Origin: Candidatus Ozemobacteraceae bacterium
GTDB taxonomy: Bacteria; Muiribacteriota; Ozemobacteria; Ozemobacterales; Ozemobacteraceae
NCBI GenBank assembly: GCA_965140445.1
Contig: OZ223236.1
Span: 2,784,001 to 2,848,000 of the forward strand
Direction of reading: 5' to 3'
DNA length: 64,000 nt
Part shown: piece by piece, positions 35,749 through 45,301 of the stretch
Layout of the letters: the number at the start of each line of letters is the position of its first letter
How positions within the stretch are numbered: the first letter of the stretch is position 1
Made by a program: the position numbers and the translations under genes
Notes under the pieces: generated by a model
Told to the model about the DNA's origin: nothing
Seen by the model: only the letters and a program-made list of their open reading frames with translations
Database searches by the model: none

Positions 35749-38010
35749 ATGACGCTTTCCCGTTTTGGCAAAAATTGTTTTGGACTTATTCTCGGTCTAG
35801 GTCTTGCAGGCTCTGTTTGTGCTGCTAATCTGGATCAAATGGTAACCGAAAACTTGAATAAGGTTGCCAGAGATATGCATTACTCGTCCAGAGCTGTTGG
35901 AAACGAAGGCCAGACAAGTGATGTGGCCATGGGAGCCCTTGCAAAAGAATCAGCTGCTGTAGATTCTTTGAGAAGAGTTCTTTCAAAGGTTGAGACTGAA
36001 AAAGAAATCCAAACTGCAGCTCAACAGCTCAAAGCATTTGGTTACAGAGTTTCAACAAATGCAGAAAAAAGAGCTTTCCGAGAAGGTTACAGTATTCTTG
36101 AAAAAAGAGTGAAGTTTCTTGCTCAAATGGAAAACCCACAGCTTTTGTCATCTTTGAACTATTTAAGCGCAATTAATTCTGAAGTTGAAAATGGTTTTGC
36201 CAAATTAGATACCGATATTAGCTCTCGTGTTCAGCTTTTAGCGTCAAAAAGATCATCAAAAACACGAACAAGCACAGGAATGCTTGGTGCTAATGTTAAA
36301 AATGGAAAAACATACTTTTCTGTATATTCATGGGCTGCAACAGATGTGAAAGTGGTTATCTTTAAAAATGCCTCAGATAAAAAAGGTACCGCTTACCCAA
36401 TGAAAAAAGATGCCAATGGCATCTGGAAATGCGCTCTTGATGGAGAATTATACGGAACATTTTATGGTTTTGTAGCAGATGGTCCAAATACTGACGGACA
36501 TCTATTCGATAAAACCAGATTGCTTTCCGATCCTTATGCTTTTGCAAATGTAGACCATAATGGAAAGAGTATCGTTGTAAATAAGAATTTTAAATGGACA
36601 GATGCTAACTTTAAGCGTCCAAAAGCAAAAGACGCCATTGTTTATGAAATGCACATTAAAGATTTCACTGCTCACAAATCCTCTGGAGTAACAGGAGAAA
36701 AGAGGGGCAAATATCTTGGTTTACTTGAAGGAAAAGGCTCTGATGTAGTTCTTGGTCACCTTAAAGATCTAGGTGTTAACGCCGTTGAATTGTTACCAGT
36801 GCATGAATTTGATAATAACTTTGCAGGCGTGGTTAACCATTGGGGTTACATGACCAGTCATTATTTTGCTCCAGAGTGCTCGTATGCTACCAATAAAAAC
36901 GGGGCAGCTGTTGTAGAGTTTAAAAAGCTTGTAAATGGGCTTCACAACAATGGAATTGCTGTTGTTATGGATGTTGTATACAATCACACCGCTGAAGGCG
37001 ATCACAGAGGTTTACCTTTGAACCTTAAAGGATTGGATAATCCTGGATATTATCGCTTGATGAATGACAAAAAATACTATTGGAACGGCACTGGTTGCGG
37101 AAATGAAGTAAATTCCGATAGTCCAATGACGAGAAAGCTGATTGTTGATAGTCTTAAATACTGGCATAAAGAATATCATATCGATGGTTTCAGATTTGAC
37201 CTTGGAACTATCCTTGATAAGGAAACATTCAATCAGATTCTTAGCGAGTTACCAGAAGATGTAATGATATTTGCTGAACCTTGGGCTGCAGATTGGCAGA
37301 GAAACAAATGGGGCAAAAGTGATTTCAGAAATACCAGACTTGCCAAATGGAATGATGATTTCCGTGAAAAAGTTCGCTCATTCGTATCCGGAAATGCAAA
37401 CAGAAACGACTTTATGACTGTTATGGCTGGAACTTGCTTCTGGTGGGCAGCCAAACCTCAAGAAAGCTTGAACTATATTGCCGCTCACGATGGTTATACC
37501 ATTGGCGACCTCTTTCATGGCGATAAAAAGAAATCTAGACTTGCAGCGGTTGCACTTCTAACTTCTCAGGGAATCCCAATGATTCACGAAGGTCAGGAAT
37601 TTAATAGAAGTAAAAAAGGCAATCATAACTCCTACGACCAGGACAATGCTACAAACTGGATTAACTGGGACGAAAAAAGAAAAAATATCGATGTATTTAA
37701 TTTCTATAAAGGTTTAATCAACCTGAGACTTAAATACGATAATTTCCGACACCCAGTAGCCCTTAATAGCCAGAAACTTGATTGGATTTCACAGCCAAAT
37801 CAAAAAGCAGTTGGAATGCATCTTAAAGGTAAAACAGAATTTCTTGTTCTTTTGAACGGCGATCCAAACAACTGGGCCAGTTTCAAATTCCCTGGCGGGG
37901 GAAAATGGACTGTAGTTTGTGATGGTGAGAAAGTTGATGATAATGGACTTTACACTGCAGAAAATGACTATGGAGTTCCTCCAACTACTGGAGTAATACT
38001 TAAAAGATAG
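35749..38010 (+). CDS. secreted GH13 pullulanase/isoamylase-type debranching enzyme with CBM48
   Basis: Signal peptide; LGA...FSVYS, DPYA, YEMHIKDF, NHWGY, MDVVYNHT, GFRFDL, EPW, YIAAHDG, SQGIPM, NSYDQ. Confidence 0.92.
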   Translation: MTLSRFGKNCFGLILGLGLAGSVCAANLDQMVTENLNKVARDMHYSSRAVGNEGQTSDVAMGALAKESAAVDSLRRVLSKVETEKEIQTAAQQLKAFGYRVSTNAEKRAFREGYSILEKRVKFLAQMENPQLLSSLNYLSAINSEVENGFAKLDTDISSRVQLLASKRSSKTRTSTGMLGANVKNGKTYFSVYSWAATDVKVVIFKNASDKKGTAYPMKKDANGIWKCALDGELYGTFYGFVADGPNTDGHLFDKTRLLSDPYAFANVDHNGKSIVVNKNFKWTDANFKRPKAKDAIVYEMHIKDFTAHKSSGVTGEKRGKYLGLLEGKGSDVVLGHLKDLGVNAVELLPVHEFDNNFAGVVNHWGYMTSHYFAPECSYATNKNGAAVVEFKKLVNGLHNNGIAVVMDVVYNHTAEGDHRGLPLNLKGLDNPGYYRLMNDKKYYWNGTGCGNEVNSDSPMTRKLIVDSLKYWHKEYHIDGFRFDLGTILDKETFNQILSELPEDVMIFAEPWAADWQRNKWGKSDFRNTRLAKWNDDFREKVRSFVSGNANRNDFMTVMAGTCFWWAAKPQESLNYIAAHDGYTIGDLFHGDKKKSRLAAVALLTSQGIPMIHEGQEFNRSKKGNHNSYDQDNATNWINWDEKRKNIDVFNFYKGLINLRLKYDNFRHPVALNSQKLDWISQPNQKAVGMHLKGKTEFLVLLNGDPNNWASFKFPGGGKWTVVCDGEKVDDNGLYTAENDYGVPPTTGVILKR

Positions 38011-38019
38011 TTCAGTATT

Positions 38020-38052
38020 GGGCTGCCTCAAATTTTGAGGCAGCCCTTTTTT
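38020..38052 (+). terminator. intrinsic terminator
   Basis: GGGCTGCCTCAA-ATT-TTGAGGCAGCCC-TTTTTT. Confidence 0.92.
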
Positions 38053-38109
38053 CTTTTAGAAAATAGATGAAAGTGTCGATAAGAAAAGAAAAACAGGAGA
38101 TCTAATTGG

Positions 38110-38568
38110 ATGATTGCCAGGATTAATAATAGAGGTTTTGTCGGAATAGTGATTTTAATATTGCTGGTATTGGGGTTAATCGGAATCTATTTTGGTTATA
38201 GCTGGTATCAGGAAAAGAATTTTATTTCCCTGTATGATGGTGATATGACCAGAAAGCTTGATATACCACCTTTTGCCGAAAGAAAGTTTTCCGCAATTAA
38301 TGACCTGAAAGGCGAGGTTACATTAAAGGTAAGCACAAGCCCAGATCAAATTGGAATGTTTTTCAAGAGCTCTTGCGATAATTATGGCTACACATATGAA
38401 GGCGATTCCGAAAAAATACAGATTTCAATTAGAGCCGGATACGTAATTAGTGGAGAATTTAAGGATAACCTGCTTGTTTTAAAATGGAATCCTGTTCTCG
38501 ATTCTAAGAATAAAAAGAGATATGAAAAAGCCTTTAAAAAACCTTATAAAGAGGAAAAAAAGAAATAA
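38110..38568 (+). CDS. hypothetical membrane-anchored protein with a prepilin-like N-terminus
   Basis: AGGAG RBS; NNRG|FVGIVILILLVLGLIG hydrophobic helix. Confidence 0.7.
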   Translation: MIARINNRGFVGIVILILLVLGLIGIYFGYSWYQEKNFISLYDGDMTRKLDIPPFAERKFSAINDLKGEVTLKVSTSPDQIGMFFKSSCDNYGYTYEGDSEKIQISIRAGYVISGEFKDNLLVLKWNPVLDSKNKKRYEKAFKKPYKEEKKK

Positions 38569-38569
38569 G

Positions 38570-39355
38570 TCAGCCGCCTGCCGAGGTATAGCCTGCAATA
38601 GTTTTTTTCCAGATTAAAACGGTAAAAAACAGGAAAAGGCTTGAAATTCCAATGGCAGTAAGTGCAACTGTCCATTCACCACTTCCTAACAGCATTTTTG
38701 CAGGTACAGTTGAGATAAAGGCAATTGGAAAAACTGAAAAAAACATGTGCCTGAGCCATTTTGGGTAAATATCGATTGGATACCGGCAAAAAGAAAATAA
38801 TGACCACATAAGCTGCGACATATTGTCCAGCTTTTCGCTTTTTACGGCAAAACAAAGTAAAAGCACAAACAGACAATAGATTAAGGCCATTGAAGAAGAA
38901 ACGGCCAAAAGAAATTTTAAAATTGCCACAAGGCTGAATTTTAATGCTCCTTTCCAGAATAGCCAGAGTAATAGTGCATTGGCAGTGAAAAGACTTCCAA
39001 TTTCTTCAAAGGAAATTTTTCTGAATGAGACTACCAGTAGCGGTGAAACGGGCTTGGTAAGTAAAAGGTCCAGATTGCCTGAATTCACCATTTCCCCCAT
39101 TGCCACAAGGTTTGGATACAAAAATATAAAATGAAGACAAAATACGTTCATGAATACAGCGTATAGAGTCAGCATTTGATCAGAATCCCATCCAGCCACT
39201 GATTTTGCTGCAGTAAAGAAAATAAGATACTGTAATAAGCCAAATAGAAAATCAAAAAAGTTTGCAACAATGGCAAACACAAAACTCATTCTATATTCCA
39301 TTGCCTGAATAATTGAGGCTTTCCAGAACTTAAATATTATTTTTATTGAACTCAA
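38570..39355 (-). CDS. ABC-2 family permease (DUF990-type)
   Basis: MEYR, GNLDLLLTKP, RYPIDIYP, FPIAFISTVPA; 6 TM. Confidence 0.88.
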   Translation of the reverse strand: MSSIKIIFKFWKASIIQAMEYRMSFVFAIVANFFDFLFGLLQYLIFFTAAKSVAGWDSDQMLTLYAVFMNVFCLHFIFLYPNLVAMGEMVNSGNLDLLLTKPVSPLLVVSFRKISFEEIGSLFTANALLLWLFWKGALKFSLVAILKFLLAVSSSMALIYCLFVLLLCFAVKSEKLDNMSQLMWSLFSFCRYPIDIYPKWLRHMFFSVFPIAFISTVPAKMLLGSGEWTVALTAIGISSLFLFFTVLIWKKTIAGYTSAGG

Positions 39356-39358
39356 GTT

Positions 39359-40171
39359 CTAGCCTCCATATGCAGAATAGTTTTTTAAGCCCTGTTTCCA
39401 TATAACTCTAATTATTATTGAAAAGATTATGGTCCAGAACGCGATTACACCAAAGCCTGATGCAATATCTGAAAGGGACAATTTGCCTCTTAGAATTTCG
39501 ATTGGAAAACTCAACATGTACCTATAGGGCAGAGAGTTGGCGATTACTCTAAAATTTTCGGGAAAGGTTTCCACAGGAACAATCATTCCCCCTAACAACG
39601 CCCATATACCGCCATTTAAAACTAGATTCAAGGTAGTTACATCTTCCAGCCAGAATCCTAGCAGCGCAATTGAAGAAGAAATGGCAAAGCGAACTATTGC
39701 TCCGCCGATTAAAGCCAGGACAAATAAAACTGCAATTTCTGTAGTGATAGGAATTACAGGGAGATATGGCTTTAGAAAAAAGAAACCAATCAAGGTTATT
39801 GGAATCAAATATAAAAGTTGAACCGTCTTATTGGTTAGACTTTCGATAACATACAAAAGAAGTGGTGGGTAAGGCTTTAAGAGTTCCCTGTTTAACGTAC
39901 CGTTGCGTATACTTTCTGGAAACCTGAAAACAGTTCTGGCATCTGTGAAATTTAAAACCAGAGGAACCATGAGATAATAGAAAATGTAATCGGCGTTTCC
40001 ATAAGGGTTTGAAGCTGTCTTTTCAATTGAAAGCCATGCAGAAACCAAAACAACCGGGAGTAGAATTAGTCTAATCGCATTTATAAACAGCATGGCACGA
40101 TATTCCATAAGCATCTGCCAATTAGCTGAATAAATTTTCAGATTCGTTTTCCAGCAACAAAATAAATTCAT
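39359..40171 (-). CDS. ABC-2 family permease (DUF990-type)
   Basis: MEYR, IRNGTL..ELLKP, LGG.IVP..FP, LPYRY...FP.EI, YSAYGG. Confidence 0.88.
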   Translation of the reverse strand: MNLFCCWKTNLKIYSANWQMLMEYRAMLFINAIRLILLPVVLVSAWLSIEKTASNPYGNADYIFYYLMVPLVLNFTDARTVFRFPESIRNGTLNRELLKPYPPLLLYVIESLTNKTVQLLYLIPITLIGFFFLKPYLPVIPITTEIAVLFVLALIGGAIVRFAISSSIALLGFWLEDVTTLNLVLNGGIWALLGGMIVPVETFPENFRVIANSLPYRYMLSFPIEILRGKLSLSDIASGFGVIAFWTIIFSIIIRVIWKQGLKNYSAYGG

Positions 40172-40202
40172 TATAAAAATAGCTCACTAGGAATAAATGT
40201 AA

Positions 40203-41219
40203 TCATTTTGGAGGCTCGCTATTTTGATTGTTGGTAAAAAGATCTCCAATAATATCTTCAAGCGGAACATCTTCAATGGTCAAATCTTCGATTTTACCGG
40301 TTGAATAGAGTTTGGAAGCGAATTCGCCAACCTTGTTTCGCGGAACACTAAATGTCTGCTGTGGCCCATGTTCCGAGATTAATTTTACCTGGGAATAATC
40401 TTTGGCAGAAATCTTTTCACTGGAGACTATTCTTATAATCTTGTTTTGATTAAAACTGGCTGTTAAGCTTGAAAGGCTTCCATCAAAGATTTTTTTCCCT
40501 AAGTCTATAACGATAACTCTTGAAGCAAGTGCAGCTACATCATCCATATAATGAGATGTCAGCAATATTGTTGGTTTAAACCTTTGATGATAATCCTTTA
40601 AAAATCTTCGAATCTTTTTTTGCATCAGGATGTCCAGGCCAATGGTTGGTTCATCAAGGAATAGAATCGAAGGCTGATGAAGTAATGAAACAGCAAGCTC
40701 ACAGCGCATTCTCTGCCCAAGTGATAGCTTTCTTGTTTGAGTTTCCAGACATTCTTCAATTTCAAGCATTTCCACCAGTTCTGAAATTCTGTTTTGAAAT
40801 TCGTTCTCTGGAATCTGATAAATTTCTTTATGGATTTGAAAAGTCTCTGCCGGAGGAAGATCCCACCAGAGATTTTGCTTTTGTCCCATAACTAACGAAA
40901 CTGATTTTAAAAAGTCATTTTCTCTTTCAAATGGTGTGTATCCGGCAACATCTATTGTTCCTCCAGTTGGAACAAGAAGCCCGGAAAGCATCTTTAATGT
41001 AGTTGTTTTTCCAGCTCCGTTAGGACCTAAAAATCCAATTATCTCGCCTTTTACAATTTCCAGATCAAGATCTTTAACTGCTTCAACTTTTCTATAGACA
41101 GGCGAAAAAAAATTTTTAATACTTGCTGCAATGCCTTCAGATTTGAGTCTTACGTTAAATTCACGGCAAAGGCTTTTTGTTTGGATGACAAAGCTGTCTT
41201 TATTGTTATTATTAATCAT
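40203..41219 (-). CDS. ABC transporter ATP-binding subunit
   Basis: GPNGAGKTT, LSLGQRMR, LFLDEPT, SH. Confidence 0.95.
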   Translation of the reverse strand: MINNNNKDSFVIQTKSLCREFNVRLKSEGIAASIKNFFSPVYRKVEAVKDLDLEIVKGEIIGFLGPNGAGKTTTLKMLSGLLVPTGGTIDVAGYTPFERENDFLKSVSLVMGQKQNLWWDLPPAETFQIHKEIYQIPENEFQNRISELVEMLEIEECLETQTRKLSLGQRMRCELAVSLLHQPSILFLDEPTIGLDILMQKKIRRFLKDYHQRFKPTILLTSHYMDDVAALASRVIVIDLGKKIFDGSLSSLTASFNQNKIIRIVSSEKISAKDYSQVKLISEHGPQQTFSVPRNKVGEFASKLYSTGKIEDLTIEDVPLEDIIGDLFTNNQNSEPPK

Positions 41220-41298
41220 ATAGTGGTCAGATAATAATCTTTAAAGTCTATTTGTTCAAGATTTTGGGCAGAAATTCTTCAAAATGTAAGGATAAAAA

Positions 41299-42312
41299 AT
41301 GAAAATAGCTTTCTTCAGCACTAAAAAATACGATGTTAGATTTTTCTCTGAAGCTAACATTGATAAAGCACACGACATAGAGTTTCTTGAATCTCCATTA
41401 AACGAAGAAACCGTTGGCCTTGCGAAAGGTTATCAAGCTGTTTGCGTATTTGTAAATGATGTGTTGAACAAAACCGTTGTAGAAAAGCTTGGAGAATATG
41501 GAATTGAGTTAATTGCCTTGCGCTGTGCGGGGTTTAACAATGTTGATCTTGATGCTGCTGAAAAAGCTGGAATAAAGGTAGTTAGAGTGCCGGCGTATTC
41601 CCCTTACTCGGTTGCAGAGCATACAGTAGGTTTGATTTTGACCCTGAACCGAAAATTTCACAAAGCTTATTCGAGAGTTCGTGAAGCCAACTTTTCTCTC
41701 GAAGGTCTTTTGGGCTTTGACTTAAATGGAAAAACTATTGGAGTTATTGGTGCAGGGAAAATAGGGGCGCTGGTTTGTAAGATTATGACAGGCTTTGGTT
41801 GCCGCGTCCTTGCCTATGATGCCTGGAAGAATCCAGAATGTTTAAAAATCGGCGTTGAATTTGTAGAATTGAAAGATCTGGTAAGAAATTCAGATATTGT
41901 ATCTCTGCATTGTCCATTGATGCCTGAAACATGGCACCTGTTTGATGGCAGAATGATTGGGAAAATGAAAAATGGTGCCATGCTTATCAACACCAGCAGA
42001 GGCGGACTTGTTGATACTCTTGCGGTAATTGACGCATTAAAGTGCGGTAAAATAAGTGCTTTAGGCTTAGATGTTTATGAAGAGGAAGCCGACCTGTTTT
42101 TTGAGGACCTGTCTGGAGAAATTATAAAAGACGATGTTTTCTCACGTTTGTTGACCTTTCCAAATGTTGTTATTACCGGGCATCAGGCCTTTTTTACCCG
42201 GGAAGCTCTGAGTGGGATAGCAAAAACTACTATTGAAAATTTGAAGGAATTTCAAAAAGGAGTTCCACTCCAAAATGAAGTAGTAAAAGAGAAGATAATA
42301 CCCAAAACCTGA
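41299..42312 (+). CDS. ldhA: D-lactate dehydrogenase (D-2-hydroxyacid dehydrogenase)
   Basis: [51 protein letters not shown]. Confidence 0.88.
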   Translation: MKIAFFSTKKYDVRFFSEANIDKAHDIEFLESPLNEETVGLAKGYQAVCVFVNDVLNKTVVEKLGEYGIELIALRCAGFNNVDLDAAEKAGIKVVRVPAYSPYSVAEHTVGLILTLNRKFHKAYSRVREANFSLEGLLGFDLNGKTIGVIGAGKIGALVCKIMTGFGCRVLAYDAWKNPECLKIGVEFVELKDLVRNSDIVSLHCPLMPETWHLFDGRMIGKMKNGAMLINTSRGGLVDTLAVIDALKCGKISALGLDVYEEEADLFFEDLSGEIIKDDVFSRLLTFPNVVITGHQAFFTREALSGIAKTTIENLKEFQKGVPLQNEVVKEKIIPKT

Positions 42313-42331
42313 TAAAAAGGGTGGGGGCTAA

Positions 42332-45301
42332 CTAATCTCGGATGCTTGCTAATTCATAAAGTGGAAAAGTCCTTGTTCTACCTTTTATCGAAATCCTATC
42401 AATAAAATTTAGTTTTACTTTTCCTTTTGTAAGCCTTATTGAAGCAGGGCAAATGATTATTCCGGTGTTTTTGGCCAGATGGGCCTTAGCTTTTAATCTG
42501 GCAGATAAATTTACCGGATTTCCAATTACTGTAAAGTTAAGTTTCCCAGCCAGAGAACCTATTTTCCCGGATACTGCTTCACCAGAAGCGAGACCGCAAA
42601 CAGGCTGAAATTCAGGAATCTCTGTTTTTAGTTTGGCTGAAATGCTCAAAGCAACTTTTGATGCTCTTATTACACATTGATCCTGGTGATTTCCATCGTT
42701 TCTAAAAATAATCATTATGGTGTCATCAATTATTTTGTCTATTATTCCTCCAAATGGTTCACAGCAGGAATGAACAGCTTCCATAAAAGTATTAAGTATT
42801 TTCAAGGATTGTTCAGGTTCTCTCTGATTTTCCGTTTCCTTAAACCCTTTTAAGGCGACAAAAACCACTGAAACAAACTTTAACTCTCCTCCAGGTTTGA
42901 GACTTTCATTGCTATTTCCCTTAACAGCTTCAAGAACATCTGAAGAAACAAAAGAGGAAAGCATTTCTTTTTGCTTTAATCCATTGGTCATATGGTTAAA
43001 GGCTTGCCCAAGATCAGCAAATTCGTCATTCGTTGTAAGCTCAATATTATAATCGAGATTGCCCTTTCCAACCTCTGCTGCGGCTTTTGAAAAGTTTTTG
43101 ATTGGAATGAGAAATGAACTTTCAACGAGCTTTAAAACAACTACAAATAAAGCGATAAAATAAGTAGTAAGAATCCATCCAGGAGGCAGAATGGTAAAAT
43201 CTGTCGCTTTTATTTCTGTGGCAGAAACAATTTCAATTGTATGTAAATTGGAAATATAGGAACCTTTGTAAATTTTCAGAGTTCCACTGGAAATTTCTTT
43301 CCAGACCATATCTGATCGGTCATTTAGCAATAAAGTCGCTTTAGAAATAATCTTTGATTTGTCAAAATTCTTTGTAGAAATAAAAGATTGCAGGTCAGGA
43401 AGCTCATCCGATCTGTCTAATGGAATAAAACATTTTTCAATTTTAAATCCATGGATTTCCGTTGGAGTTATGAACTCTGATTCTAATGCCAAAAATTGTT
43501 GAAGAATTTTTCTTGTGGAAAATTTGGCAAGGATCGTGCATGTAGGGGGCTTAAATTTATCATTAAATGGGAATGATGCCATGAGCGAATATAATGTGTT
43601 AAAGCTTGAGGTTTCATGAGTTTTCAAAGTTCCCATACCTGTCAAAAAAGAGCCCATTCCTTTGTTGTTTAATTCAACCAGACCAGATTTGGGTTTTTGT
43701 CCCTTTTTATGGGTTTTTCCAAAAGTGTTATAGACTCCAGCAAAGAGGAAATCTTTCAATTGTTTGTCAAACTCTGGAATTTCGTGAATGTCCTCGCCCA
43801 AAATAAACTCTTCACCCAAAAAATTAGTTGTAATTGAAATCGTTGGTTTGTCTTTTATCCATTTTTGGATTGCTGATCTAAGGATTGGTAGATCTTTAAG
43901 CTCCACATATTTGGCTAATCTGGTTGTGAGTTTATGGTTTTCACTTTCCAGCTTAGTGTTAAACGATGAAATGGATTTTTTTAATTGCTCTGTTTTAAGT
44001 TTCAAATTTTGAATTGTTGAATTTATATGGTGAACCCGAAGATTTTGTTTATGAAAAGAATTTAGCAATGCCATTCCAACAAAAGGGAGTAGGCTTGCTG
44101 CTGTTAGAGCCAAAAAGAATTTTGTTTTAAACTTTAAGTTTGATTGAATTCCGAAGAAGTTCAAATGGATAAAAAAGATGCTGATTATCAAACAACCCAG
44201 AAAGAATGCAAACTTAGCTTTTTCAAGACTGTCGCGCAAAGGATGGGCAAGATTTTTTTTATTGAGAGAAACTTCTAAAACAGGGAATTTATTTTTTAAC
44301 TCCATCAGTTGGGATGGATAAAAAGTATCTCTTGTAGAAAGCTTGACCATCATTTCTGGGGAAATGATTTCCTTAAGAGTTATTACCTTGTCATTTTCGT
44401 GAAAACCAAGGACTTGCTTTTTAAAATAGTTAAAGGATTTAAAGCTTTTAAAATGTGTAAAAGAAAATTTCCTGCTAAATATATTCGTTTCTGAAGCCTT
44501 TTTGGCGGATTGAAATATGTCTATTGCCTTTAGGTCTTTATCTGAAAATACACAGATGAATCCCCCAAGGTTGTTGTTTCTATTGTTGCATGTTGCAGGG
44601 GAATAAAAAAATCTAAGTTTTGATAATCCGGTTTTTCCACTTATGGCTGAGTTAACGTTTCTTGGTGAAAGTCTAAAGTATCCCGCAATTGAAAAAAGCA
44701 TATTTATAAATTGATAAGACCTGTTAAGAAAGGTTTCATGTGTTTTGGAGTTTTCAAGTTTCTTAACTTTTTGTTTTATTGAATTGAATGCTATTGGCTT
44801 GGCAAGATGCTGCTTATTTAAAATCCAGAATAAGTTTTGGGTCATTTTATTTGAAACCAACGGGAAAAACTTTTTGTATTTTGGATTCACTGAAGTTGTG
44901 CATTGAAAGGTGTCTGGGCCATGAAAAAAGACAATTGCCGGAGACAATCCGGTTTCTTTTTTTATCATTTGCCTGAGCTTTTCAGCAGTTAAACTTTGGT
45001 AATAATTGATATTTTTTACAGATTTTTCAAAGTCTATAAAACCATTTTTATTGGAAAAATCAATTAGCTTTCTGTTTAAAAAGTTTGCGGTCTGCAAGTC
45101 AAAACGAAATTCGTCCATTTCGTTTAAAAGATTTTGTCGGGCCTCATTTTTTACCAGATTTTCGCTTTCAGAGACTATTCTATCCAGCATGAAATTAAGG
45201 GTTATGCCTGGAAGGATAGCAATTAGCAACCAGAGAACAAATAGAAACATTGATCCTGGATGCAAGTTTGCTGTTACTTTATTAGAACTATTTTTCATCA
45301 A
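42332..45301 (-). CDS. membrane HAMP-class III adenylate cyclase, C2-like half (first metal Asp lost)
   Basis: 4 TM; HAMP (DEFADLGQAFNHMT.GL); cyclase domain VVFVALKGF / IDKIIDD / NFTVIGNPVNLSARL / IKGR. Confidence 0.85.
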   Translation of the reverse strand: MMKNSSNKVTANLHPGSMFLFVLWLLIAILPGITLNFMLDRIVSESENLVKNEARQNLLNEMDEFRFDLQTANFLNRKLIDFSNKNGFIDFEKSVKNINYYQSLTAEKLRQMIKKETGLSPAIVFFHGPDTFQCTTSVNPKYKKFFPLVSNKMTQNLFWILNKQHLAKPIAFNSIKQKVKKLENSKTHETFLNRSYQFINMLFSIAGYFRLSPRNVNSAISGKTGLSKLRFFYSPATCNNRNNNLGGFICVFSDKDLKAIDIFQSAKKASETNIFSRKFSFTHFKSFKSFNYFKKQVLGFHENDKVITLKEIISPEMMVKLSTRDTFYPSQLMELKNKFPVLEVSLNKKNLAHPLRDSLEKAKFAFFLGCLIISIFFIHLNFFGIQSNLKFKTKFFLALTAASLLPFVGMALLNSFHKQNLRVHHINSTIQNLKLKTEQLKKSISSFNTKLESENHKLTTRLAKYVELKDLPILRSAIQKWIKDKPTISITTNFLGEEFILGEDIHEIPEFDKQLKDFLFAGVYNTFGKTHKKGQKPKSGLVELNNKGMGSFLTGMGTLKTHETSSFNTLYSLMASFPFNDKFKPPTCTILAKFSTRKILQQFLALESEFITPTEIHGFKIEKCFIPLDRSDELPDLQSFISTKNFDKSKIISKATLLLNDRSDMVWKEISSGTLKIYKGSYISNLHTIEIVSATEIKATDFTILPPGWILTTYFIALFVVVLKLVESSFLIPIKNFSKAAAEVGKGNLDYNIELTTNDEFADLGQAFNHMTNGLKQKEMLSSFVSSDVLEAVKGNSNESLKPGGELKFVSVVFVALKGFKETENQREPEQSLKILNTFMEAVHSCCEPFGGIIDKIIDDTIMIIFRNDGNHQDQCVIRASKVALSISAKLKTEIPEFQPVCGLASGEAVSGKIGSLAGKLNFTVIGNPVNLSARLKAKAHLAKNTGIIICPASIRLTKGKVKLNFIDRISIKGRTRTFPLYELASIRD

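Noticed and set aside
45288..45301. Programmed frameshift fusing the two cyclases
   Set aside because: The downstream gene has its own GGGAG SD, start codon and N-terminal TM; translational coupling explains the overlap.
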